Source: Eledone cirrhosa
Lineage: Eukaryota
Length of the DNA stretch: 64,000 nucleotides
Direction of reading: 5' to 3'
Assembly: GCA_964016885.1 (NCBI GenBank)
Contig: OZ024743.1
Coordinates: forward strand, 360,592,001 to 360,656,000
The translations under genes were made by a program, and so were the position numbers. Position 1 is the first letter of the stretch; the number at the start of each line of letters is the position of its first letter. Under the pieces are notes generated by a model. That model had not been told where the DNA came from and did not search any database. It saw only the letters and a program-made list of their open reading frames with translations. This document shows, piece by piece, positions 46,404-61,400 of the stretch.

Positions 46404-46459
46404 ACTGCTATATATATTTCGATGATAGCCATTGAATGGCTATGACCTCATCAGGCAGT
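46404..46459 (-). ncRNA. minimal type I hammerhead (family of 19428-19482)
   Basis: ACTGC-CTGATGA-GGTCATAGCCA..TGGCTATCATC-GAAA-TATATA-TA-GCAGT. Confidence 0.8.
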
Positions 46460-46519
46460 TAGTCAGTTCTTAGATTATGCCAGTTCTGTGTGTATAGTGC
46501 TGATGGTATCAGAGCCTTG

Positions 46520-46582
<63 letters not shown>

Positions 46583-46859
46583 AATGTGTGCGTCGCGTGG
46601 CGTTAACTCACCATTCAATGCAATATGAATCCAAATTTAATCTGTGTTGATTCATGACTCCATTACTAGTTTTGCAGTACATAAGTACTGAGGTTAGGGG
46701 GTCAAATCACTTGCTTGAGGCGGGGTTTCTTCTCTGAATACCTTTTGATGTCCAGCACTTCTGAGAGTTTCTTAACCTTACTACTAATAACTGATATCAT
46801 GTTGTTTCTCAGAGTATACTCAACAAAATGAGATACCTATATCAGTTTAACATATGTCT

Positions 46860-47450
46860 CTTTCATTATACGTGTTTCACCAGTAGCGAAGCTCAAAACC
46901 ATTCTCAGTAACATAATTATTATTTCAAGATAGGGTGAAGACAAAAGTAGAAATGGGATTATTAACTCTTGTAGATAAGCATTTCCGTGTAGGCCATACA
47001 TACATACAGATTCTTAACAGATATGTCATTGAAATCCGTAACGTGCGCTTCAAATGTGCCTGGATATTAGATATTACGCACCAACAAACCAATGTGCTAC
47101 CACACATTATGCTCGTCATGCGGAAAGTTAGATGCATACACTCTATACCAAACTTTCAATGTGGTATCCTTGATATACGTAGTTAAGATCACCTTGATCC
47201 AGCCAAATCAATTACTGTAGGCCAGAACATATGTAGGAATGTTGTAATGCCAATAAAAAAGAATCGTTTTATATACCACGCGATGACCTGCATATATCCA
47301 GAAAAAAATGATCAAGCATTTATCTCGCAAGTCACGTGTGAATATTTAATAACGACGGCACTATGGTTTCCAACAAATAGAAGATTTTTGAAATATATAC
47401 AAAAGCTATAGCGCTCCTCAAACTGTCTGAACACAACGGCACAATTCTTT
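46860..47450 (+). mobile_element. old Hydra-type PLE remnant
   Basis: VKTKVEMGLLTLVDKHFRVGHTYIQILNR resembles 17260-17345. Confidence 0.5.
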
Positions 47451-47674
47451 AATCACTGCGTCACCCCTATAGATGTATCCTAAAGGACTGAACATGTTCA
47501 CTTCTACCAAATTAAAACACTCAGATTCCATTCACTAACACCATTATCATATATAAAATTCCACACGAACCAACTTTTACGAACTCATTAATAATTTCCC
47601 ACATTTAATCTCAATGTGGACCATCACACATTTGGCTGCCAATTGTATCACAGATTATCATTAATTAACAAAGG

Positions 47675-47848
47675 TGGATTGGCAGTATCGGTAGAGGGTC
47701 GGACACCAGCATAGTTACGTCCCTTTACGATCTGAGTTCAAATCCCGCCGAGGTTGACTTTGCCTTTCATCCTTACGGAGTCGATAAAATAAAGTACCAG
47801 TAATGCACTGGGTTTTTGCTGGCCTTGTGCCTAAAGTAGAAACAATTA
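47675..47848 (+). mobile_element. tRNA-derived SINE
   Basis: A/B boxes; colinear with the other copies. Confidence 0.9.
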
Positions 47849-47883
47849 ATTAACAAATTACCTCACATAATTTCCCTGCGCCA

Positions 47884-48602
<719 letters not shown>

Positions 48603-48904
48603 ATATATATATATATCATTAATCATGTCCTTAGAATCATTAGATAAAATATATATATACTATTGCCTCTCCCAATTAGCATAATTTACCATATAAAAAA
48701 ATCAATTAGACCAGGCTATAAGAATAAAGGCTCCTATGAAGAAATATTTGATAAATAAGCGAAAACAGCCCCTTCGCGGTTGACCACAATAGAGTATTTA
48801 CCCAACATTTCAACAGCATGTAGAAACTGACCAAATATACCGTCAACCATACACAATTAGGTATAAATTTAAAGTTAGAAGAAAGGCGTACATACCGTAA
48901 TTAC

Positions 48905-48981
48905 ATCCCTACCATGGTTTCGTTCGTATTTTGAGATATCCTATTAAGGATAAATCTCGAGTATCGAACTCATCAGGAGAC
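48905..48981 (-). ncRNA. type I hammerhead with extended stem II
   Basis: GTCTC-CTGATGA-GTTCG..CGAAC-GAAAC-CATG-GTA-GGGAT. Confidence 0.75.
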
Positions 48982-49594
48982 AAACTCATTAGGACAGTTA
49001 ATTTTCCAAAGCGATCCCGCCAGAAATAGATTCAAAAAATGGCTAAGAATCGTGACGTGGCAGTGGTCAAGTTAGGAAGAATGTGATTAGTTGCTTACGG
49101 CGAGTAGGCCGCTTGCTAGAAAGCGCAGCCCAATATCGCCCAAATTGCATCTCAACCCAACGGGAGATTATTAAATATAAAGATTTACATATACATAAAG
49201 TCACAGATATATATGTGGCAACCGTTCACGATGTGGCTCAATGAAGAATTAATAAATTTAATAATCAGAATATATCAGAGCTTCTACATATTTATAACAC
49301 TTCCTGCTTCTCATTTAGAACTCATTCACGCTTGAAGGCAAAGAATATATAAACACATCAATACTGTCAAAGAATAATCTGAAATAGGCAGCCAAAGGAG
49401 CAATTGAACCTAAATGACAGCTTAGTTCTTGTAATAAATATCTATATAATAAAACGCTTTGCATGGATTGAGTGCTCTCTGTCCTTGTGATATTCTTGTG
49501 ATATTCTTAACCATGTTACACTACACTATATACGCATACAAACACACGCATGCACACACACTCGCGCACACACATAGACACACACACACACACA

Positions 49595-49653
<59 letters not shown>

Positions 49654-49658
<5 letters not shown>

Positions 49659-50028
49659 AAGAATGAAGAGTAACATGGTTGGCTGTACCACAAGGTGCTT
49701 TATTCTGAGGAGTTGGTCAGAGGTAAATAATGTAATGGAGATCGTGTGACGCAACTTCAAGCGATTAGCGACCACTAGACTCACCTGATAAATGAATCAA
49801 TTGAGAATACCTGAAATAAGGCCCCTTGTTGTACAGCCAACCATGTTACTCTTCATTCTTTCACTGTTATTACTCCAAGTATAACCTACATAGGAATTAC
49901 CACGAACTCGCTGTCTAACTATGGAAACATCTTGTTGAGTTAAACAAAGCCGTACGTTTAAACTATCCACGACGCAGAGTACTCACAACCTCTAACTGAA
50001 TTACCTACAACGATAACTTGTTACCCCA
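49654..50028 (+). mobile_element. PLE derivative with ~50-bp inverted 5' arm and decayed HHR
   Basis: 49654-49705 inverted at 49812-49865; CTGATAA..GAAATAAGGCCCCTTGTT. Confidence 0.6.
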
Positions 50029-50047
50029 TATATATATATATATATAC

Positions 50048-52740
50048 ACTGATATTAAATAAATGGAAACTATTTATGAAACCATATTTATTCTATTATA
50101 TATATTTCAAAGGTACCAACACTTTGGTACGCTCTCATCAGATAAAATACAAAGTTTGTTTTATAAATATTGACATATCTAAGAAGAAGATCTTAACGGT
50201 TCATGTTTTTGCTGGATAGTAAAAGGAAAGAAGGGAAAGATAAGAAAAGTCAAATATTTCGAATTATTAAGATGAGTAAGCAAATGAGGTTGAGGTATAG
50301 TGCTGAAACAAACGTTATTTTTAGACGCTAGGTAGATTTAACTAATTATTAGGATATATGTATGTATGTATAACAAGAAGAAAGAGAAAGAAAGAAAAGC
50401 TTGTATTTACGTGAACTTAAAAAGAATTAACAGTTAGTAGGAATGGTGGAATTTGATTCCAGAATTTAAAAGAAATTATTTAGCTATATTATGAGTTATA
50501 ATGTTGTATATATAATCAATTATATTATATGAAGAATTATGTTTGTAAGTACATTTTATCTTATTACATTACAACAGGTTGTATGTATATAAATATCTAT
50601 ATAGATTAATAATTGTGCAAGTATAAGTATTATTGGTGATTTTATAGAAATAAACCACAAGTATTAATTGTTTATATTTCTCATATGTGTTACGAAGGAA
50701 GTTGATTTTACATTTTACATAAAAATTTAAGAAAAAGGCGTAGTTCAAATTGTAAGAGGAGAACAATTTGTAGATTCAAATATCTTGTTCCAACATTGAA
50801 AATGTTTTCAGAATATTGTTAATTTAGCGAAATTATATAATTTATCATACAAGTATCATGTCTATGTTTGCTCAATTGTAAAGGAAAAGATAACTCAAAT
50901 ATGATTTGGTAACCATTAAATTTGATGAATGATTTACTTAGAAAGTATGTAGAGTAGACTACTATCAACAGAAGCACAAAATATAAATAGAATTAATAAT
51001 AGAAACTTAAATTTAAACCCTAACCAAACAAATCAAGATAGGAATAATAATAATTCTAATAACAATATTCACAATAATAGTACTGTTCCTAGTTATAACT
51101 CCAGAAAATGTAACTGTAGAATTAAATCAAACTGTCCTTTACAAAATAATTGCTTAGACAAAAACGTAAGTTAAAACGAGCGACAAAACATTTAATATTT
51201 AACTGTATAGGTACTACTTCTACAAAATTCAAAGAACGCTGGTCCAACCACAAACATACATTTAATAGGTCCGATAAAAATTCTTCCACTTCACTTTCAC
51301 ATCTAATTTTGTATTTATAGGACAACAATATAGACTATTCAATATAACGATTTCGAAAGCCCCTGCATACCGAAATATGGCTTTCTCAAGAATCTGTCAT
51401 TTGTGTATCGAGGACATTTTTTATATAATTAACTGTCAAAACTCTAATAATTTAAAAACAGAATTATTTTCTACTTGCAGACATCGCTAAAATTCCACTT
51501 TCCGAAGTATTTATAATCTATGATATTCATTACACTTGACTTTATCTTATATACATTTAAAATGATCCTATTATTTACTGAGATTTTCTTTAAAAATAAA
51601 AAAATGTTTTAAATGATCTTCCTTCTTAAATTTAGTATTTTTACCATTTGATATTCCTTCCTAATGATACTCTTCTTAATATATTTTTTAGATGTAGATT
51701 GATACTCTTTAATTGACATTCTGAAATATATCCTCTTAACGATAGTTCTTCGAAATGCACTCTTGACTTATCTAATAATACATTTTTTCCTCTTTTTAAG
51801 CTTCAAACTGTTCACATCTTTCGACGTAAATAATATGTAATTGAAATTGTCATCCTTGAAAAACATATAATATAAAATAACTTATAATCTCACAAAATAA
51901 TATATACTTTTCTCTATATACTTTCTAAGTAAATCATTCATCAAATCTAATGGTTACCAAATGATATTTGAGTTATCTTTTCCTTTACAATTGAGCAAAC
52001 ATAGACTTGTATGATGATTTATTTCGCTAAATTAACAATATTCTGAAAACATTTTCAATGTTGGAACAAAATATTTGAATCTACAAATTGTTCTCCTCTT
52101 ACAACCTGAACTACGTCTTTTTCTTAAATGTTTATGTAAAATATAAAATCAACATCCTTCGTAACTCATATGAGAAATATAAACAATTAATACTTGTGGT
52201 TTATTTCTATAACATCACCAATAATACTTATACTTGCACAATTATTAATCTATATAGATATTTATATACTTACAACCCGTTGTAATGTAATAAGATAAAT
52301 TATACTTACAACCATAATTCTTCATATAATCTAAGTGATTATATATACAATATTATAACTCATAATATAGCTAAATAACTTTTTAAATTCACGTAAATAC
52401 AACCTCATTTGCATACTCATCTTAATAATTCGAAATATTTGACTTTTCTTCTCTTTCCCTTCTTTCCTTTTACTATCCAGGTTAAAACCTGAACCGTTAA
52501 GAACTTCTTCCTGGATATGTCAATATTTATAAAACAAACTTTGTATTTTATCTGATGAGAGCGTACCAAAGAGTGGGTACCCTTGGAATATATATAATAG
52601 AATAAATATGGTATAATAAATATAGTTTCCATTTATTTAATATCATTGAACATTATACTCCAGAAAACATGTCAAGTGCTTCGAATCAGTTATAAACATA
52701 TATATTTGTTGAATTACCAACAACTTATTTATCCATTTTG

Positions 52741-52745
<5 letters not shown>
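50048..52745 (+). mobile_element. Hydra-type PLE 3' fragment with ~0.8-kb inverted duplication
   Basis: 50048-50954 inverted at 51911-52645; GIY-YIG remnant 51105-51490 (CNCR..CL, IGTTSTKFKERWSNHKHTF); HHRs 50090-50148 (-) and 52545-52603 (+, GAAA>GGAA). Confidence 0.85.
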
Positions 52746-52801
<56 letters not shown>

Positions 52802-52805
<4 letters not shown>

Positions 52806-53150
52806 AAAAAGAGTTGAAATCGAAAATGCAACTGGAGTCTTATTTAAAAAAAATATATATATATATTTATTTGGTTCCTTTACCGGTTTCGCAGTTCTTC
52901 TGCTTTTCAAAAGGTGAGTTGAGATGGAGTGTCTGTGGTTTTTCTCTGAGAAAAACCACAGACCCTCCATCTCAACTCACCTTTTGAAAAGCAGGAGAAC
53001 TGCGAAACCGGTAAAGGAACCAAATAAATATATATATTTAAAAAAAAAAAATAACACTCCAGTTGCATTTTCGATTTCATCTCTTTTTCTTTATACTTTC
53101 ACTCTTGTAGGACACCTCGGTTATTTTTCATTTTTTAAAAAACACCTCAA

Positions 53151-53157
<7 letters not shown>
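52802..53157 (+). mobile_element. fold-back with 1-nt loop and two U3-A8 HHRs
   Basis: centre T at 52947; CCTT-TTGAAAA-GCAG..CTGC-GAAACCGGTA-AAGG at 52980-53017 (+) and 52877-52914 (-). Confidence 0.88.
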
Positions 53158-53202
<45 letters not shown>

Positions 53203-53462
53203 CAGCTTCTACATATTTATAACACTTCCTTCTTCTCTTTTAGAACTCATTCACGCTTGAAGGCAAAGAATATATAAACACATCAATACTGTCAAAGAAT
53301 AATCTGAAATAGGCAGCCAAAGGAGCAAATGAACCTAAATGACAGCTTAGTTCGTGTAACAAATATCTATATAATAAAACGCACTACACGGATATTCTTA
53401 ACCATATTACACTACACTATATACGCATACACACACCGGCATGCATTACGCGCACTCGCACA

Positions 53463-53540
<78 letters not shown>

Positions 53541-53547
53541 TACATAT

Positions 53548-53709
53548 TATTAGAAAGTGAGGTTTTCTTTTACAAAATGAAAAATAAGCGAGGTCTCCTA
53601 CACGAGTGAAAGTATGAGGAAAAAAGATGAAATCGAAAATACAACTGGAATCTTTTTTTTTTTAAATATATATTTATTTGGTTCCTTTACCGGTTTCGCA
53701 TTTCTTCTA

Positions 53710-53711
<2 letters not shown>
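53548..53711 (-). mobile_element. truncated copy of the 52802-53157 family
   Basis: reverse complement of ~52995-53157, broken within HHR stem II. Confidence 0.75.
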
Positions 53712-53743
<32 letters not shown>

Positions 53744-54445
53744 TGTGTGAGAGTGTGTGTGTGTGCGACTGAGTGGGTGACAGAAAACAAGATCCCTTCA
53801 GGTAACTGTTAACGTTAAAAAAGGAAGAGGAGATTAATTGCGGAAATCATGCAAAGAAATAGAGTTTTGCAATATGAGAAAAACAACAAAACAATATTTG
53901 AACTAGGTTAATTCCCATAATGAAAACTAAAAAGAACTATAAACTTGTTCCTATCAACAAACCGCGTATTCCCGATGCGAAAGTCTTAATCACACAATAT
54001 GCTTGCAAACCTACCCACCTATCGACATACCTATCTATCTTTCTATCGATATAAATATATATTTATATTTATATTCATATATATACATTTGAATTGGAGT
54101 GTGCACAAATATACATTAATATGCATGTGTATGTACGTGTATTTCTTTATATGTACACTGGTTTTAAAACTGATATTGTTTACATTATGTTGCTTTGTGT
54201 CCTTTAATTTAGTCATAAGATAAATATGAATCGGTAAATTGGCAGGCTGATGTAAAAAGTAGCGTAAACCTGTTCGACTGAACTTTTGAATGTGATTGAA
54301 CAGAAATTCATCTATCTAATGTCTGATACTCTATCAAAGAATACTTAAGCTCTCCTATAATTGTTTGGGGACTGGGACAGTCATTTAGATTGGTCGTAGC
54401 AATTATTATTATTATTATTTTATCGAACTTGAATGGATGAATTAC

Positions 54446-54542
54446 AAAACTGCCTTTGCGTTTGACTTCAGAGCGAGGAGAGATATGACTAAATATTGCA
54501 TCACATTTATCTGATGTTCTAGCAGTTTTGCTAATCCTCTGC
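54446..54542 (-). CDS. candidate 97-nt host exon
   Basis: TTTTACTTTAG acceptor, GTAATT donor; two open frames, one (RGLAKLLEHQINVMQYLVISLLALKSNAKAV) phase-compatible with 43590-43658. Confidence 0.3.
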
Positions 54543-55699
54543 CTAAAGTAAAATATGATGTAATTGCATAAAGTATTGAATTGAAGAATTGCCTGGCATT
54601 CCATATTTCAAATGTTAACAATGGTTTGTAATCCATGGCAGCAATGTGTAGGGAGAAGAAAGTCAATTAAATCTAAATCAAATTTGGACAGGCAATTTAC
54701 TTTATCGATTCTGTAAGGATGAGAGACAAAATTGACGTCATTGCAATTTGAACTCCGTACGTAAACAGCTGGAACAAATATTACAAATTATTTTGTCTGA
54801 GACTTTAACGATCTTGCCTATCCAACGATAGATCAAACTCGGAGTCAAAATAGAAGGTAATATGCACTGGATCTGGCTCGTAGAAATAATAGCCAAAACA
54901 AAAATATTATCGTCTTTATGAAGGAAAATCTTAATGAAAAATGTACACTTATATGCTGGTAAATTTGATAATGGCTCTGCAATGTCGAAAACTATTTGAC
55001 TTAATTATTCTCAAATATAAAACCATGTAAGATATGTAAAAGCTCAGCAGTGTACAAAACTCATAAAGATATGAACAAGCTGAATAGTAATTCATAAATG
55101 TACAATCCAGATGAAGAATCTTTAGCCATAAAGACATACAAATCTCTATAATTATCACATCAATCATGAAATCACTGTGATATTAAATATCGAGAAAATT
55201 AAATTAAAATGAAATTTAATTATCAAGAGATATTGTTAAGATTATGTGTCAGCTATAAAATGTTTAACGTTTTAATTTCTGATCAACTTTTCTTTTATTT
55301 AATTTTTTTCCAATTTCGGTCCATAATTATCTGTTTAGCATCTGAAATTACTTTGAATGATTTACATAACAGCACTCCTTTTTTCCATTTTCGCGATTAG
55401 ATACATAAAGATACATACGAAAAGATACATAACTACAGGTTTCACTCGATATTATTTAGCATATGCAATCTAAATAAATCATACACAAAACCTCCACGCA
55501 AGTACGAAACGTAATATTGTAAGCGATACATGGTGTGTCTTTAGGGAATCGGGAAACAGGTCATTTGAATTCTTATGATAAATTGTCGAAGGTTCTGTGA
55601 TTTATTCACAATGAATTTCCACAGTGGGATCGCTATAGGCAATAATGATTTCTGTCTTTGACTCTCAGAGCCGAAGTCACTGGGGACAATACAAGGAGA

Positions 55700-57600
55700 A
55701 AATAAACAGAATAAGCTTTACATGAAGGAAATGGAAGAGGATATTACGGAAAAGGAAGAATAACAATAAAAGTAATTGTAAAAAATATGTATAATAAAAG
55801 AAATCAATGAGAAATCTCAAGAAGGACAAGTTCCCGAAGAGTGGGGGACTGCACTTTCGGGTAATTCCAGAGATAATCTCAAAATCTCGGATTGCTTAAG
55901 TCATTCCTCCCTTAGTGAAAACATAACTTTGGCTTTCTAGTGGATGAACGGTTTCTTTCTGTTATTTTTACATGTGCGGGTGGTGCGAGCTTTTGGGGTG
56001 TTGTGTAGTTTTTTCTATGATGCCAGTATTGTGCTATATGTAGTTAAAACATTTCTAGTTCGTGTTTATTGATATAGGGTGCATGAGAATTGCATCGTTC
56101 TGTTGGATTTGAGTATGCTGTTATTGCATATGTGGGTTTGTTTTTGCTTGGGTTGTTATTAGTGATTTTCGTTGTGCCGATGATAGCGGTTGTGGAGTTG
56201 GTGATGGTGATGATGTTTGTGGTTGTGGCGCTGGAGCTGATGATTGATAATGGCAATGGTGGTGATGTTTGTTTGTTTCTCCCTATTTTTAGTGAGTGAA
56301 GTGGGTGAATTCTTTCTTTTTTTCCTGGTGGTTTTCCAACACTCATCCTCGTCACAATCTGTGTCTAATTGTGTTTGTTCGGGGAGAGGTATGTATTCCA
56401 CAGGCTTTGGTGTTGAAGATGATGGTGGAGGTGGGGTTTTGTTGTTGAAGCTGGTGCTGCTTTTTATGCGATTATAGCCGCAGTTAGTTTGGTTGCTCCC
56501 AGGATGTGATCCCGCGTGGGAAGAAGAGCTGGCCTCGTCTCTGCATTTATTTTAAGCAAAAGTTATTTAGGTGGGGTGTTTTTTCCATATATGTTGAAAC
56601 TTGGTTTTCAACCCACGACGGTCATGGGTAGGTTGGTGCCGTCGTCGAGGTCTATTGCATCGAGGATAGCCTCTATACCCTCCTGGTTCGTTTGGATTAT
56701 CATTCCCATCTCGGATCCTGTCCAGTTTGCTTGCTTTATTTTCATTCTATCCAAGATTGGTTTCTCTCATTGACATTGGCAAGGACGCTGCAATCAGCCA
56801 AAAAATAGTAACATATGTGTTACTCTAAGCCCCAAAAGTCTTTGACTAATGTATGTTGGCACCTTGGTAGTCTCTTCGCTGTGGGATGGTGTGATGGAAT
56901 GTAACCTGTCTTCTTGAGGGATGGTGAATATAACATCTACAGTGTTATGATGTGTTCATCGGGCTACGTATGTTTTATGTGCCCATACGTCATCCAATGG
57001 ATTTTGAACCCAGGACTCGCTCGTCCACTCCACCATGCGCGTTTTCGTATTAATTGTGCTGTACGAGAAAGTACAAAGATATCTGTTCTCATTGCTGTCG
57101 AATAACGAGGCTGTCCCTGTTGCCACTCTTCTTCACCAACCGCTCGGGCTCTCTCATTTCTTCCTTGCTGGCGTAGAATATTTCTACCTTTTTATCCGCC
57201 TTCAAGAAGGATATGTTGCTTTTGAGTCTTCATCAACTCTGTTGCAGCAGTTGCTTCTGTTGTTGTTGTTGTTGTTGTTGTTGTTATTGATGTTGTTGCT
57301 GTTATTGTCGCCGTTGCTGTTATTTGTATTTGTTTCTGTTACATTTTTCCCGTTAATATTGTTGTTGTGGTAGTGGAGATGGTGTTTGCAATACATTTGT
57401 TGTTGTGTTTTGTTTTGGCCGATTTAGTATTGTGTAGTGAAGGAGATAAATTTGGAAAAATATTTTGGCAACATTCATTTTCCATTGTGGGTTGCTGATA
57501 TTGCCCCTGCTGTTGTTATGCATGTGGCGGCGGCATTGGTAACACTGTTCATAATGGTGGTAGTGGGGTCGGTTATTATCGACACCTTTGAACTGCTGTC
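55700..57600 (-). mobile_element. decayed PLE 3' region (GIY-YIG remnant)
   Basis: minus frames ..DCSVLANV..EGIEAILDAIDLDDGTNLP resemble PLE endonuclease C-termini; C/A-rich strand bias. Confidence 0.5.
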
Positions 57601-57605
57601 ACGTG

Positions 57606-57675
<70 letters not shown>

Positions 57676-58459
57676 GGAAAGAAACGCACAAGGTGGATAT
57701 ATATCGTGATGGAATAGCTCCCGTAAGTTTTTGATTTTTACTTATTTCAAACGACTGTGATTGAATAATTCATATTACAAATGGAATATAAGATTACAGT
57801 GTTCACTCTCAGCAAGCGAGAACGCATCACATTACGGCATAGGGCCCCAATATTTAATATTTAATTTTGGATCAGAAATGTTATAGTCGAAAGAGAGAAA
57901 AATGACTAATAATTTCACCACCAACACCACCACCCCCACCATCACCACTACCACGCCAAAAACTCTAGTCAAGTTACCTCAACTTCTTTTCTACTTCAAC
58001 ATCAACACCATCACTACAGTACTACGATCACATCACCACCACCACTGCCTCATTATCGCTACCGCCGCTATTCTCTCCCACTACCTCCTGCTAAGTACTA
58101 CAGCACATCACCACCACCACCACTGCCTCATTATCGCTACCGCCGCTATTATCTCCCACTGCCTCCTGCTAAGACAGACATCGAAGTATTCCCACTATAT
58201 GAGGAAGACATCAAAATATATAAATAGACTGATTTGATGACCTGGTCAAAAAATCAAAAAAATCAAAAATCAAAATGAAAACAGCACAGCAGCAACGAAA
58301 AACGTAAAGAAAAGAAAAAAGAAAAGAGAAACAAACAGACAGACAGACAAGCAAAATGAAACTAAGTCAGAAATTCAAACATTACATTACAATGAAACTT
58401 ATGCTTATTTTGGTTTTTTTTTACCTTTTTGTTTGTTGGTTTATTTATGTTCGTCTACA

Positions 58460-61400
58460 GCGTGATAGTGCCACGCTAAAATCACAGGGGTGATCAAAGC
58501 ACCGGAGGTAATCAAATCACCGGTGGTTATGTAACCATACATTCACCAATCCTCGATAAGAGTGTTTAAATGTCGAACCTAAACAGTCCGAATAACGGTG
58601 AAGTGGAAACTGGAATGTCATGTGACAGACTCTCACCCAGCAGGTGCTCCCTGTCTCAGCAGCAGGGACCTGGCTGTCAACCAAATACTGCTGGTGTCGG
58701 AGGAAGAAGAAGAAGGAAAGGGACCAGAACCAACTGGACGAAAGAATTGAATAGAACTGTTATGCAATGTTACCTGAAGAGTAACCCCAAGGAGAAAGGC
58801 TATAGGAAACGGATGCATAACATCTGGAACGAGATTGGTCTATGTAAATTAGATGAACAAAAATTGGCCGGGCAGGCTCGGGTAATAAGAACTAATGGGT
58901 GGATAAGCGAGCTGGAACTGGAGGAACTGAGCAATGAGATTAGGTTGGAAATGGAGAGTGGAGTATGCCAGGCAAACAAGCCAGTGGGAAATGAAGGTGA
59001 AGAGGTTGAGAGAACAGAGGAACCATCCGAAGCCGACAATGATCTGAATGCTGAAATAAATAATACCTGGAACAAAGATACGGCCATTGAGGAGATGAAT
59101 GCTGACGGGCTTGGACAAGATTTGGTTGATATTCTAAACTTAGTGGTAGATGAAATGAACAATGATATAGGGAAACATATGAACCTAAGATTTGTAGACA
59201 GGAAAAAGTTAAAAGAAACAACAGCTAATGTAACAAAGTCATCCCATACCTTGAGGCGAGGAGCCTTCACCAGTGCAGCAATATCCTCAAAGCAATAGCA
59301 AATACGGTAAGGAAATTACTTGGCATAAAAGCGAAAGGAAACAACAATCAAGAAAGATCAGAACCTTGGTGGAAGAAACGAGTGAATGGTCAAATCAGGG
59401 AAATGAGAAATGACATCCGAAAGCTTGGGACACTAAAATCATAGACACTAAAAATAGGATGGAAATAAAGTACAAACCTAGGAGGGAAAAGCTAAATATT
59501 ATCATAGAGGAACTGAAGCAACGCATTGTAGCAAAGAGTGCAAAAATAAGGAGATACGAGAGCAGAGTCAGTCAGTATAGACAGAACCGCATGTTTGACA
59601 ACAACCAGAAGATGTTGTTTGGACAGCTTGAAGGGAAAGAAAGAGGCAACGACTTGATCCCTGAGGCGGAACAAACTAAGACACTCTGGAGAGGAATATG
59701 GGAGCAGGATGTTAAACATAATGACCAGGCAGTGTGAATTGAGACAGTACAAAAGGAGATAGTGAAAAGGCACACCAACAAACTGATTTGAGTATCACAG
59801 TTGAAAGTCTTAAGGGACAGGCCAAAAAACTAACCAATTGGAAATCACCAGGCCCAGATTGTGTGCAGGGGTATTGGATTAAAAATATAACATCCCTCCA
59901 CCCGAAACTGACAACCATGTTCAATGACTGCTTGACGTCAGGTGAGGTACCAGAGTGGTTGACGAAAGGTACCACAGTTCTGGTAATGAAAGACCGAATC
60001 AAGGGTAATGATGTTACCAACTATAGACCTATCACATGTCTGTCCGTAATGTGGAAACTGTTGACAAGCATTGTGTCTGAGGAAATCTACCATCACCTCC
60101 ACACAAACAACTTGTTACCGGACGAACAGAAAGGATGCCAAAAGAAGTCCCTTGGTACAAAGGACCAGTTACTTATTGATAAGATGGTAATGAGGATTTG
60201 CAAGAGGAGACACACTGGTCTTGCCATGGGATGGATAGACTACAAAAAGGCATTCGACATGGTACCTCGTTCTTGGATCACCAAAAGCCTAGAGATATTC
60301 AAGGTAGAAGATAACATCAGACAGTTGTTGGGCAAAAGTATGAAGTCCTGGAAAACAGAGTTAACATCAGCTGGAGAATCCTTAGGAGGCGTGAAGATCA
60401 AGAGAGGTATGTTTTTCCTTGCCCTGGTGCCCCTGACCATTATACTGAGAATAGTGAGAGCAGGATACAAGTTGGGAAAGGGAGAGCTTACCATCAATCA
60501 CCTCCTCTTCATGGACAATCTTAAGCTCTTCGGGAAGAGTGAGAAGGAGTTGGATGTGCTTGTTGACACTGTCCGTATTTTCAGTAATAATATATGTATG
60601 CAATTTAGTATTAGTAAGCGTGGAGTCCTTGTGATGAAGAGGGGTAAATTGAGCAGAAGCAACGGGATCCAGGTGAGATGATAGAGGAAATTAACACTGA
60701 AGAAGGATACAAGTATTTAGGTGTTCTGGATGCTGATGACATCAAGAACAAAAAAATGAAGGAATTGATAGGATCTGAATACATTCGGAGAGTAAGGAGC
60801 GTATTAACGTCACATCTGAACAGTAGGAATGCCATAAGTGCAGTAAATTCCCGAGCTGTGTCTATTATTAGGTACAGTGCGGGAATTCTGAGCTGGAATG
60901 TTGCTGAACAAAAAGAAATGGATAGGAAGACTAGGAAGCTATTGAATATCTACAACATGTTCCACAAGAAGAGTGATGTCGATAGACTCTACTTAAGGAG
61001 ATCTGAAGGTAGAAGAGGTCTTATCAGCATAGAGGACTGTGTTCAGATGGAGAAAAACAACCTACACAAATACGTGACCGATAGTAAGGAGCCAATGCTC
61101 AGAATTGTACTGAAGGAGAGGACAATAGAACAGGGGATGTCCAAGGAGGAAATAACAACAAGGAGAAAGAGTAGCCTTCATGAAAAATCCCTTCATAGTA
61201 CCTTCTTTGAGAAAACTGAATTCAGAGATCCACAGACATGGAACTGGTTGAAAAGAAGAGCCCTTAAAAGAGGCTACAGAAGGAATGCTAATGGCTGCGC
61301 AAGAGCAGACCCTCAAAACGAAGTGGTTGAAACACCATATTTACAAGGAGGAGGCTAGCTCACAGTGCAGGATCTGTGGAGATAGAGAGGAGACTGTGGC

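Noticed and set aside
56044-58237. Hydrophobic or Asn/Thr/His-rich ORFs
   Set aside because: Low-complexity, strand-biased PLE remnant and triplet repeats
58460-58560. HDV-like or other ribozyme in the R4/Dong 5' UTR
   Set aside because: Partial pairings only; could not build a full pseudoknot by eye
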